A stretch of 63,975 nucleotides of DNA, the filler included, from Octopus bimaculoides (taxonomy: Eukaryota): NCBI RefSeq assembly GCF_001194135.2. It is 6 parts of 6 records of this genome, joined end to end, with 100 filler letters (N's around TTAATTAATTAA, not from the genome) between each part and the next. Parts side by side here need not be neighbours in the genome. Positions count along the whole stretch, not along the records: positions 38,718 to 45,646 come from NW_026320368.1; positions 45,747 to 58,290 come from NC_069000.1; 4 more parts are not named here. One strand, given 5' to 3'. Position numbers and translations under genes: made by a program. The notes beneath the pieces are model-generated. The model did not search any database and had not been told where the DNA came from. It worked only from the letters and a program-made list of their open reading frames with translations. Positions 40,944-51,778 of this stretch are shown one piece after another (the first letter of the stretch is position 1; each line of letters begins with the position of its first letter).

Positions 40944-42190
40944 ATATTTTTTATAAAAGCGGAATTGTTCTTGTCCCCACCTTGAGGCAGCACTGCCAGT
41001 TTCTTCATCTTTATTTAATATCTAAGAAAACTAAATGAGTGTTACCTTGTGCAGTCTTTAATTCATTACAAAATTCTCTAATGTGTCACACCTACAATTC
41101 CTACATGGACCAAAATCTACAATGAGACTTGCTGAATATTGATTATGAACTGTTACAAATCATTCTGAAATAGCTGGAAACACTTGTAGATCTGTTATGT
41201 GTTTGTTTGTTTCTCAAAGTTTATATTGATTTTTGTCCTCTGTGTTTTCTTCCTTATTGTTCCTAATAATATTGGCTTTCCCAAACCTTCAGATTGAGGA
41301 ACTGAGACCTCTATTTTTATTATTTTGATAGAAATTTAAGAATAATTTGTTGCTTAGACTTATTGGAAATGCCTGCTTTTTATTGGTTTTTCATGTATGG
41401 GTGATTTTTGGAAAGAAAATACTAGGAGAATGACTAAAAGTAAAGAATTTGAGAGAAAGAGAAAAGTTGAGAGTATGAATAAAGAAGTATGTATAAAGAG
41501 GAAATCATCCAAAAAATTGATTAAATGCAAAATATGTGCAAGAAATTTTTATAGAAGTTTACAGACACTAATTAAATTAGATGAAAAAAGATAGCTGAAT
41601 TTTAAAAAAAAGGGAAAAATATTAAGTAATATTAGCTACATTAACTTTATAACATACCTTCAATTTCACTTCACTTCTTGTTTTGAAGTAAGATTTACTT
41701 GTCTTGTGAAAAATAAATATTTTAAATGACACCAAATAAACGACTGAAGCTCAAATCAATATCAGCTGAAACAAGAGTCAAATTATATGCTTACTTTGAT
41801 ATTCCACATGGTAGTTGGAACTCCATATGAAAGTTTTACCTCTGCATTCATGAACAATTCAGTTTTACCTGTTGTCTGGAGAACCAAAACTCCTTGTTTT
41901 GTTAGTTTTTAATTAAGTTGCTGGTTTCTCTCCCTTTTGAATAAGCATAACAATGAGACTTAACACATCTAAACTAACATATTGACCTAAATCTCTGATT
42001 TTTTCTTTTTCATCAGTGTCTTGAGAAAAGATACACTGATAAACAATTCATTCAGAATATGAATGAATATGTAGAGTAATTATCTTTTCTGTTTTTAATC
42101 CAACACATACACACACACTTTTTTCTGTCATCTTCTCTCTTCTATTTATATTTCCTCTGTAAATAAAGGATATTTAAATGAATGTTGTGA
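40944..42190 (+). other. DAAM: Probable DAAM 3'UTR
   Basis: AT-rich, SINE-poor sequence after the stop codon. AATAAA occurs near 41712, 41735 and 42162, the last followed by T/GT-rich sequence. The end point is inferred. Confidence 0.4.
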
Positions 42191-42371
42191 AAGCTTAGAA
42201 ACAAAATTATTATGTTTTATTCACTTGTGGTTTTTCAACAATTTTTAACTGCAGTTATATATACCATGTGTGTGTGTGTAAAGATTTGATGAAACAAATT
42301 GGAGAAATAGAATTCAATGCGTGCGCATGTGTATGTGTGTGTACATATTTTTTCATGTTTTNNNNNNNNNN

Positions 42372-42457
42372 TAACAGTTGAGGGTTGCGTAGTCTAGACG
42401 GCGTTTTTAGATTTCATTATTCTCTTTAACCCGGGCAATGCCGGGTATTTCTGCTAG
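42372..42457 (+). mobile_element. Helitron-like 3' terminus
   Basis: GC hairpin ACCCGG-GCAATG-CCGGGT (42429-42446) followed 7 nt later by CTAG and then T, the canonical Helitron 3' signature. The 5' part is lost at the small N gap. Confidence 0.6.
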
Positions 42458-45400
42458 TATATGATAAAATTTGATAAATGTTATTTAAAATATCAACTCG
42501 TGTCATGTGAGAAATTTTCCCACTACACATTTGCTTTTTATGAGATTGCATGTAAAACAATAAAATTCATTAACTCATTAATTATTTATTCCATTTATGA
42601 TAAAAAATATCAGCAATAATTATATCATGCATATTTTCAATATAAATATACAAGTACAAGCTTTTTTCTCTCTTTAATTGCCATGCATTGAAGAATCATT
42701 TCTCTTTTTGGTTCATTAATTACTCTTTAATTTTGGTCATAGCAAATTTTAGTTACCTTCATTTCAATTTCACAGATTTTCATTAAGTTTTCTTTGTCTA
42801 TCCTTTTGTTTGTTTGTGTGTGTGTATTTTTTTAATTATAAATGTAAAGTAGATTAAAAATTCTACACAGTTTCCTTTCATGTTATTCAAGTTCTAAGGC
42901 AGCCATAGATAGCATAGGCTTATAGAATTTCTAGTGAGTCACTATCATTGAATTAATGTAACCATTCTGTGTTTAATATAGGATAAATACACACTTTTTA
43001 CTTCAATAGTTTTAGAGAAATTTTTCAGAGAAACTTGGTTTCTATTTGAGCAGATTAAGTAAAGTAGAAATTCTTTCTGTCTGCTCCTAACTCAAGTGCT
43101 TTTTAAAGTTTACTTACTATCTTAAATAGAAATTCTGAGAACAAGAACTTTTGTTTTAAACATTATGAAAAAAAATAATTATATTTTGAAATTGGATGAA
43201 AATTATATAGTGAAGTATTTCTTTTTAACATTTTTATGTAGTCATTACCTTCTTGTCAAGTAATAGCTATGTGTTCATAATTTAGAGAGGAAGCAGATGG
43301 ACAAATAAAAGACAGCTATACCAGCTAGAGAGAGAGAGCCAGTAGTTTATTTTTCATTGCTAGTACTATGCAATTTCTATGTCCAACACAGCACCACTTA
43401 CCAAGTCCACCTAGCTATAAATTCTTTTCTACTCTAGGCACAAGGCTCGAAATTTTGTGGGAGGGGGCCAGTTGATAAGATCGATCTCAGTACACAACTG
43501 GTGCTTAATTTATAGACCCCCAAAAGAATGAACGACAAAGTCGACCTCAGCGGAATTTGAACTCACAACGTAAAAACAGACAAAATACCACTACGTATTT
43601 CACCCAGCGTGCTAACGTTTCTGCCAGCTCACTACTTTTACCTAGCTATAAATTGTTTCCATAAAATTGTATGCAATACAAACAGTAGGTGCAGTGTATT
43701 ATTAACAAATGTTTCATTAACTACAAAGCTAGTTAGATGGGAAATAAAACAGGAACCCACTCTAGTATATTTTTTTCCCTTCAATGTCTCGATGGAAAGT
43801 CTTTATGTATTTAGTCATAATTATAATAAATTGTTCCTGATACTGTCTGGTGTACTTATATTAATTAGTTAATACTAATAATAACAAACCTTTTTTAAAA
43901 TCAGATTATTAAAGATGACAAAAATATAATCAGCTCTTAATATCAGGTTGCTGTCTGTAACATGAAAACTTATTAAGAATGGTACCTTTTGATATTGAGC
44001 ACTTATTATTTCCCATCCAGTTTCTCTAATTGGGCTACTCTGTTTTCCCAGAAGAAATCATGATCTGCAGAATTGGTTGAGCTTCTTAGTTTTCATATTA
44101 CTACCGACATTATTCGCATTAATTAGTTAATACTAATAATAACAAACCTTAGTTAAAATCAGATTATTAGAAATGACATATTCCAGCTCCAAAAATTTAA
44201 TCAGCTCTTGTTAAATAATGAATGAGAAAAAAGTTATTTCTTGTGGAATTTGGTAGGATCAGTTATCCAACCAAAAGTCATGAATTAATGAAGCTAAATT
44301 TAACTGGATTTCAGAAGTTTTGATGACAAACTTAATTTTAATAGCTTTGTACACTAGATTTAAATTATTAAATATTCATTAGCCCACCTAATAGAATTTT
44401 GGACTAAATAAATGCATTACATTGTTTCAATTTGCCACTCTTGGTTTCAAGTTCTAACCATTTTGAGAACCTTCTAAAAGACATACAATCAATTATAACA
44501 TTTCTTTTAATCATCTTATTTGATTTCGTTTCTCTTAATTATTTGAAAATTATACACTAATGATATACAAGAAGTTATAATTTAGCAGCATTCAAACTAT
44601 GAATGAATTGATTTAATTTACCACAGTAGATGTAATCCATTAGTAATGATGCTTTTGCCTATTAAAGCATTTTTCATTTAGAATTTGATACAGAATGTTT
44701 GGATTATTTATACTTAGTTAAGCAATTATTCCCACTGGTATGTTTTATGCAAAATACAGATGCATGCAGCATTTTTGGACTATAAATTAATTAGTAATTG
44801 ACTAATTTGTTTCCTGATTTGATTATAAAATATCTCAAATAATGCTATAATAATGAAATAAGAAAAGAATTCATTGGAGTTTCTTATTTTCACTTCTTTT
44901 ATTCATAATTAGAACCAGATTCAAATTTAATCATGAAAATGAAACATATTCAAAATATAATTAAATAAAAATAATATCCTGTAATGCTACCTGGGTTGTT
45001 GGGTCATCACCAAAGGATTTGAACACTCAACAAATGAAACTTCTTTCATTAAGAACTATTTTTGATTATTAACTATCTTAAAATTTGGCAAAGCCAAGGA
45101 GAAGACTGAGGTAAAATGTCCAGATATGATTATAAAGGATGGGAATGAAGATCTCTTCATTCTAACCTAACATCACCCAGAATAAAGTTGAGAAACTATT
45201 GTCATCATGACAATTAGTACAATTAAAAATAATCTCTAATCTATATACAAAATAGTGGAAGATATATTTACCAATTTCAGACCAGTTCAAACAACTTACA
45301 CAGAAATATGAATTTGTGTGCTAATCATTATTAGAACATACATCACTGAAAGCTGGGAATAAGAACTAGATGAAAGCTCAACTCACTAGAAGCTATCACA

Positions 45401-46425
45401 CTGCAGAGCTTGAATAAAAGATGTAAAAATTTCAAAACTAAAATTTTTTGCCTTTAAAAAATGAAAATGGGAGATTCTGACAATGTCACTCACTTGAAAG
45501 GGTTTTTTTTTTTCTTTTGGTAAATATTTTCAGCTAAAAATGTGGTTGTATAAACTGTCATTGCTCTTTGAATTACCTGCTCAATTTTTTTATTTACTAC
45601 TTCTAAGTTAGAAATAGCCAAACCAAAGCAAAATATATGGAGTAATNNNNNNNNNNNNNNNNNNNNNNNNNNNNNNNNNNNNNNNNNNNNTTAATTAATT
45701 AANNNNNNNNNNNNNNNNNNNNNNNNNNNNNNNNNNNNNNNNNNNNGTGTCTGTGTTTACGTCACCGTAAGCTAGCGGTTCGGCAAAAGAGACCGATAGA
45801 ATAAGTACTAGGCTTGCAAAGAATAAGTCCTGGGGTCGATTTGCACGACTAAAAGCGGTATTTGATTGCTTAGTGGTATTTCGTCTGCCGTTACGTTCTG
45901 AGTTCAAATTCCGCCGAGGTCGACTTTGCCTTTCATTCTTTCGGGGTCGATAAATTAAGTACCAGTTACGCACTGGGGTCGATGTAATCGACCTAATCCC
46001 TTTGTCTGTCCTTGTTTGTCCCCTCTGTGTTTAGCTCCTTGTGGGCAATAAAGAAATAATAATCGTTAGTACGTCGGACCCCCCCCCCTGCTCGGTAGCC
46101 TTTCATCCGACTTAACATTCTGAGTTCAAATTCCATCGGTGTTGCCAATGTCTTTCATCCTTTCGGGATGGATAAAAGCAGCACCGGTCTCGATGCAATC
46201 GACTCGTCCTTTACCTCAAAATTGCAAACTTTGTATTTTTATTACGATTAGTTTTTCTCTCTCCCGGAATAAAGACTATCGAAAATTATCCGAATTATCC
46301 GGAATAAAGACTATCGAAAATTATCGTCTCCACGTGGCAATACGAACTTAACCGAATTTTCCATCTTCCCTAAATGATAATTCACTAACAGATCACCATT
46401 AGTTCTGAAAAGAATCTTGACTTAC

Positions 46426-46523
46426 TTGGATGGTATTTCTTCACAGAGTTTAATTACTGTGGGATTGCAACCATTTAAACGTTGATATCCAAACCATGTA
46501 TCTTCCCGCCAGAATTTAACAGA
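46426..46523 (-). CDS. Lipoxygenase coding exon 4 (98 nt): [32 protein letters not shown](K)
   Basis: CATAG acceptor and AA|GTAAGT donor (phase 2). It contains the hallmark LOX motif W..D..FG.QRLNG.NP..I..C..IP. No further exon is seen before the contig ends at 45747. Confidence 0.93.
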
Positions 46524-47546
46524 CTATGGAATACACAAAACAAGATCAGAACTACTTCAGATATAGAAATAAAAATGAAAAGTAGAAAATGGCTAAATTC
46601 ACAGGTACCTACGATACATAACACTGATTTAACACACACGCACACATACACATAGATTGTTAGGAGATACGTGGTATGTTATATAAATCTGTCAAATTAT
46701 TGAGTCTCTACAACATGAAACTATTGGTAGCTCTTTTTAAAAATTGTATATATTAAACTACACCCCACCCACACACATAACAACAACGTAATTTAGATTG
46801 CATAACCATTTTTCATCACTTAAATTTAGGTGGAAGTGTAATTCTACGAATCGTAGTAAATACATTTGGGAAAGACAACGTTTGAAAGACAACATATGAC
46901 AAAATGCATTTGAAAGACATCATATGACAAAATGCATTTGAAAGGCAACATTAACTACGATTTGAGGCTGTCCATTGAAAATTACGCTCCACCGCACAAT
47001 ACGGATAATTTTAAATGTGATCTTTGCTTTGAGAAAATGTATTATAATATTTCAAAATTAAATTTATTAAATTCCATGTTTTCATAAGTATAGAAAACCA
47101 TTAAAATATTTTCAATACTAAACAGCACCTGCACTATGACTGCTTTTCCTGTAATTTGATAAGCGTAATTTTTCTAATATTTTATTTTTAGTATTCCTAA
47201 GTAGCCAGACAGCTAAATGTACTGAGGCAGCCTTTCTAGGTTTGTATTTTTTGTATTCTTTCATCGAACATTGACGTCACTGTCGGTTTAAATACTAAAC
47301 TGGCTTACTTGAGCTTACAATGTTTCTTCTTAAAGCTCATTTTGTCTGCAGTCCTTCTGTCAGTTCATTTTGGATTCAACCTGTTATAGGTTGCCTTGAT
47401 AACATTGTGTTCTCAAAAATTCTGGATATATTGATTTTTACAATCGATCCAGTATCGATTAATTTGCAAAGGAAATACTGATCACTTAAATAAGATCACA
47501 TGATAAAAATAGTGCAAAAAAAGAGAAATAATACTTATGTACTCAC

Positions 47547-47675
47547 CTTGGGCATCGGAAGTTTTTCCCTGCGATAAATATTCATTAAGTCCTTGAGTGT
47601 ATGCCATTTTCCTGCTACGATTCTGGTACACATATTTGTCAAAACTATGTCCAACTTTTTTGTTAACATGCTCCT
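47547..47675 (-). CDS. Lipoxygenase coding exon 3 (129 nt): RSMLTKKLDIVLTNMCTRIVAGKWHTLKDLMNIYRREKLPMPK
   Basis: TTTCAG acceptor and AAG|GTGAGT donor, phase 0/0, open frame. It carries the 'W.tL.Dl..Iy...klp.P' pattern that precedes the LOX W..D..FG.QRL motif. Confidence 0.85.
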
Positions 47676-47850
47676 CTGAAATTTATTCATAATTTAAATT
47701 TTAAACATAATGAAAACTTTACTGGTTATAAATAAAAGATATCTGCATATATTTATTCACGAAGGAAATAAAAAAAATGATATTAATCTCAAGTTCTGAA
47801 ACTTTTTGCTTGGATCAAAGAAGTTTAATAGTTTTCAAATCACACCATGA

Positions 47851-48063
47851 GGCGGCGACCTGGCAGAAACGTTAGCACGCCGGGCGAAATGTTTAGCGGT
47901 ATTTTGTCTGTCTGTACGTCATGAGTTTAAATTCCATCGAAATCGACTTTGCCTTTCATCCTTTTGGGGTCGATAAATTAAATACCAGTTACGTACTGGG
48001 TCAATCTAATCGACTGGCTCTCTCCCCAAAATTCGGGCCTTGTGCCTAGAGTTGAAAAGAATA
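47851..48063 (+). mobile_element. tRNA-derived SINE family B, in a lipoxygenase intron (antisense to the gene)
   Basis: GGCGGCGACCTGGCAGAAACGTTAGCACGCCGGGCGAAATG...GAGTTTAAATTCC...GGGGTCGATAAATTAAATACCAG...GGGCCTTGTGCCTAGAG. Related copies at about 850-955, 17900-18040(-), 32220-32500, 43430-43630(-), 45865-46035(+), 52940-53140(-), 54218-54420(+) and 61329-61570(-). Confidence 0.85.
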
Positions 48064-48764
48064 TGTCATTCCGTTTCATGACAATAAAATGGGATTTATG
48101 AAAGATCGGATTGCTATCCCAGGTCGTGTTACACGAAGTTCATTTCAACTAAGATGAATTCTTAACTAAGCTTTTTCTAATCGTCCGTTTCTCTCTTTTT
48201 GAAAAAAAGCTAGTTTCAGCAGTTCAAGCAACCGCGTAGGAGTTTCCACATTGATTGGAATAAAAAGTATTTATAATATACGAAAGAAGAACAATAGAAA
48301 CTATAAACACAAGAATTACAGTTAAAATCTCTCATGTCAACATCACGCGTTTGTGCAGAATACAGAAAAAAACAAAACAAAAGCGAAACAGAAACATTTC
48401 AGACAAATAAATTGTAAACCTGACTCAATTAATTAACAATATCGTAATAGTACATTTATGACCTAACAGTACCATCGCTCCAATTAATGACCTATTTGTG
48501 CATTTGTATTCACCTCTGACCAAATAATCGGATGATTAAAACTCACTGGGTTTCGTAGTCGTAGGTCTAAATGCAGACACTGCAATCGATCATACATACG
48601 TTGTCGGAATCCCCTAAGATGAAAACCGTTTTCGTCTACGGGGTTGCTCAGGTAGTAACACTCCATAAGGAGACAAAATAGGCCTCACACCCTTGGGTAT
48701 AAGTTTTGCTCTGGTTTACTTATAAAACTTATAAAAATTATTATTATTATCATAGTTGTTGTTG

Positions 48765-48844
<80 letters not shown>

Positions 48845-48854
48845 TAATACTTAC

Positions 48855-48899
48855 CATATATTTTGATGGGAATTCTTCCTCGCGTGGCAGGTCTTTACA
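48855..48899 (-). CDS. Lipoxygenase coding exon 2 (45 nt): CKDLPREEEFPSKYM
   Basis: Pyrimidine tract + AAG acceptor and ATG|GTAAGT donor, phase 0/0. It matches the LOX 'xxLPxDEqF' motif expected after the PLAT linker and joins the flanking exons in frame. Not present in the ORF track. Confidence 0.85.
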
Positions 48900-49558
48900 C
48901 TTCGCATAAAAATATAAAAGCGGTAAAAGTTTTATTAAGTCATGTCGAGGTTAACGACTAAAACGAAGCAACACATTATTATTCGAACAGAGGCAATTTA
49001 ATCGGCCCCAGAATATGCCTGGTATTTATGTATTATTGTAGTTATTTTACAACAGGTGAGCTATGAAAGGCGCCCGAGAAACGTCCTCAACCTGCTAACT
49101 GGCACATGGTTGACCATGTCATAAATAAGAGCAAAATTTGTAGTGATGTCAGATTAACTGGGCTGTAAGAAACTCGGCGAATGCAACAGAAGCAGCATTA
49201 AATGTACAGTTGGGAAAAGGAAGTGCACATTGTAGGGCCAAGAGAACGGGTCGTACATTGAAGGGGTTAGGAAGGGGAGGCATTGTAGAACAGGGAGAAG
49301 TGGGTGCAGATTGTAGCGTCGGGAGAGTAGGGAGAGTGGGGACTGGGAGAGTGGGGACTGGGAGAAGGGATTGCATATTGTAGGGCTGGAAGGAAGGTTA
49401 ACACTGCAGGCTTGACTTTTGGCGCTTAGCAGTCTGGAACCAGCTCTGACACTAATACCCACAACAGCAACAATACTATATATTTATTCATTTTTAACAA
49501 ATCATTATGTCTATAAGCATGAGTGATTAGAAGTAAATTTTTGCTAAACTTTACTCAC

Positions 49559-50044
49559 CGTAACAGGAAAATTTTCTTTATAGTTTAAATTATAGATCGT
49601 ACATTTGCATTCGATTTCGCTCGCACGTTGAGATTTATCCGGATCATACTGAGGTAAGAAAGCATCCCACGGATACAAATAATAATGGACTTCTGGTTTA
49701 ATCCAACGGAAAACAGGAAAAGTAATGGTATTTCCTCCAAAACGGTACCCAAATTTAATTACATCTACAAACCAGTCCGAAGATGTTAACTCAATAACAC
49801 ACGGTTTAGTCCAAAGTTCAATTTTTCTCACTTCTGTAAATGAAACTGGCAGATTGATATAAAACGTGTCACGGGCGCCTGTTTTAAAATCGTCTTTGCA
49901 GGTGTTGTCTAGAAGTATCTTCTCGGTGGCGTTTTCCAAAGTATCGTATAATATAACAAAAACATCGGAATCAGTAGACGAACCTCTCTGATTACCAGTT
50001 TGTACTTCGAGGATGTTGTTGAATCTCGATTGTTTCACGCCCAT
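49559..50044 (-). CDS. Lipoxygenase, first coding exon (PLAT/LH2 domain and start of catalytic domain), 162 codons
   Basis: MGVKQSRFNNILEVQTGNQRGSSTDSDVFVILY...DDFKTGARDTF...DWFVDVI...FPVFRWI...DAFLPQYD is typical animal PLAT-LOX sequence. The ATG follows a pyrimidine tract and TAG acceptor (50047-50048). The exon ends FPVT|GTGAGT (phase 0). The orthology group within the ALOX family cannot be assigned by eye. Confidence 0.93.
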
Positions 50045-50130
50045 CTCTACAAAGAGAGAGAAAGTAACGAAATGAAGAACAGTGAACTACATTTGAATGT
50101 CAAACATATATATATAGGCATGTATGCGTT

Positions 50131-50189
<59 letters not shown>

Positions 50190-50609
50190 NNNNNNNNNNN
50201 NNNNNNNNNNNNNNNNNNNNNNNNNNNNNNNNNNNNNNNNNNNNNNNNNNNNNNNNNNNNNNNNNNNNNNNNNNNNNNNNNNNNNNNNNNNNNNNNNNNN
50301 NNNNNNNNNNNNNNNNNNNNNNNNNNNNNNNNNNNNNNNNNNNNNNNNNNNNNNNNNNNNNNNNNNNNNNNNNNNNNNNNNNNNNNNNNNNNNNNNNNNN
50401 NNNNNNNNNNNNNNNNNNNNNNNNNNNNNNNNNNNNNNNNNNNNNNNNNNNNNNNNNNNNNNNNNNNNNNNNNNNNNNNNNNNNNNNNNNNNNNNNNNNN
50501 NNNNNNNNNGTATGGGGTTTTAGTTCACAGGTGATCTAAACGAGTTGGTACGCCAGGTAAATGCTGTAACGGATTAATAGGTTATAGCCGAGACGGTAGT
50601 TATGCAGCC

Positions 50610-50983
50610 ATTGCAGCCATTACGACGACGAGGGTTCCAGTTGATCCGATCAGCGGAACAGCCTGCTCGTGAAATTAACGTGCAAGTGGCTGAGCATTCC
50701 ACAGACACACGTACCCTTAATGTAGTTCTCGGGGAGATTCAGCGTGACACAGAGTGTGACAAGGCTGGCCCTTTGAAATACAGGCACAACAGAAACAGGA
50801 AATAAGAGTGAGAGAAAGTTGTGGTGAAAGAGTACAGCAGGGTTCACCACCACCCCCTGCCAGAGCCTCGCGGCGCTTTAGGTGCTTTCGCTCAATAAAC
50901 ACTCACAACGCCCCGCCCGGTTTGGGAATCGAAACCGCGATCCTACGACTGCTATCCTAACCACTGGGCCATTGTGCCTCCAT
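50610..50983 (-). mobile_element. tRNA-derived SINE family C, full-length, in lipoxygenase intron 1
   Basis: Minus strand has A box TGGCCCAGTGGTTAGG and B box GGTTTCGATTCCC. The body ...AAAGGGCCAGCCTTGTCACACTCTGTGTCACGCTGAATCTCCCCGAGAACTAC...GGAACCCTCGTCGTCGTAA recurs as 3' parts at 19215-19403(+) and 57830-58072(+). Confidence 0.8.
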
Positions 50984-51615
50984 GCTGTAACAATTTGTGA
51001 AAGATTTAAAATGTAAAATAAATAAATAAATAAATATATAACCTACAATCCTTTTTATATCTGCGTAGTCATCATAATAGTATTATATATCTTATTTATT
51101 TATTTATTTATTTATTTCCTATTTGAAGTACAACAACTTTCACATTTCATTTGAAAATTGTATAGAAAATACAGTTTTGCTTGTAACAATAAACGTTTGT
51201 TAAGATCAAGAAAAAGATTTCAGACATGAAGGCGTAAACTTGTACGACTTTATAGACTGACTTGTACGACATAGACTAACGCCGTCCTTTATTTAGCGAA
51301 ACGAATTGAGAATATACAGAAAAATGCCAGCAATGTGTCGAACAATAAAAGCACACACTCATTTAGTGAAGTAGGTTCTGATAATAAAAAAGTAATACGT
51401 TTTCTATGGGGAGTCAATGAGCAAAGTACTTCTTTTTTTAATGAATAGGGCTTTGTGAGAAGAATCCCTTCGTTTCATGGATCGGGCGATGACAAAAGCA
51501 CCCCCTCGTTGTATGGATCGGACGCTGAGCAAAGTACCTCCTCGTTTCATGGACAGGACGCAATCGCTGTGCGAGGGATAAATACAGAAATAACAGGAAT
51601 AAAACCTTTACTTAC

Positions 51616-51745
51616 CATACAGTTATAATTTTAACGAAGCCCTTAACACGGATTATATTTTCAATGGTTGTTTTGTGACAGAATAAGAATTCAATAAGAG
51701 TAACTTGTAATTAGCTAATGAATATCAGTTTGTCACAATATTTTA
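51616..51745 (-). other. Candidate non-coding first exon (5'UTR) of the lipoxygenase
   Basis: Strong donor ATG|GTAAGT at 51616/51615 in unique sequence upstream of the ATG exon. The 5' boundary is guessed from a TATAAAA about 30 nt further upstream. Confidence 0.35.
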
Positions 51746-51771
51746 ATTGTATTACTTTAACACGTTGTTAG

Positions 51772-51778
51772 TTTTATA
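51772..51778 (-). promoter_or_regulatory. Possible TATA box (TATAAAA) for the lipoxygenase
   Basis: The motif sits about 160 nt upstream of the candidate first-exon donor. The AT-rich background makes a chance occurrence likely. Confidence 0.2.

Noticed and set aside
43858-44210. ~70-bp direct repeat (43858 and 44118)
   Set aside because: An ordinary local duplication in AT-rich sequence with no sign of function.
48484-48666. 60-aa ORF within a lipoxygenase intron on the same strand
   Set aside because: It has no LOX similarity, and the flanking exons already join in frame without it.
40804-50044. Apparent convergent DAAM-lipoxygenase gene pair
   Set aside because: The two genes are separated by the synthetic spacer at 45647-45746, so linkage is unproven.
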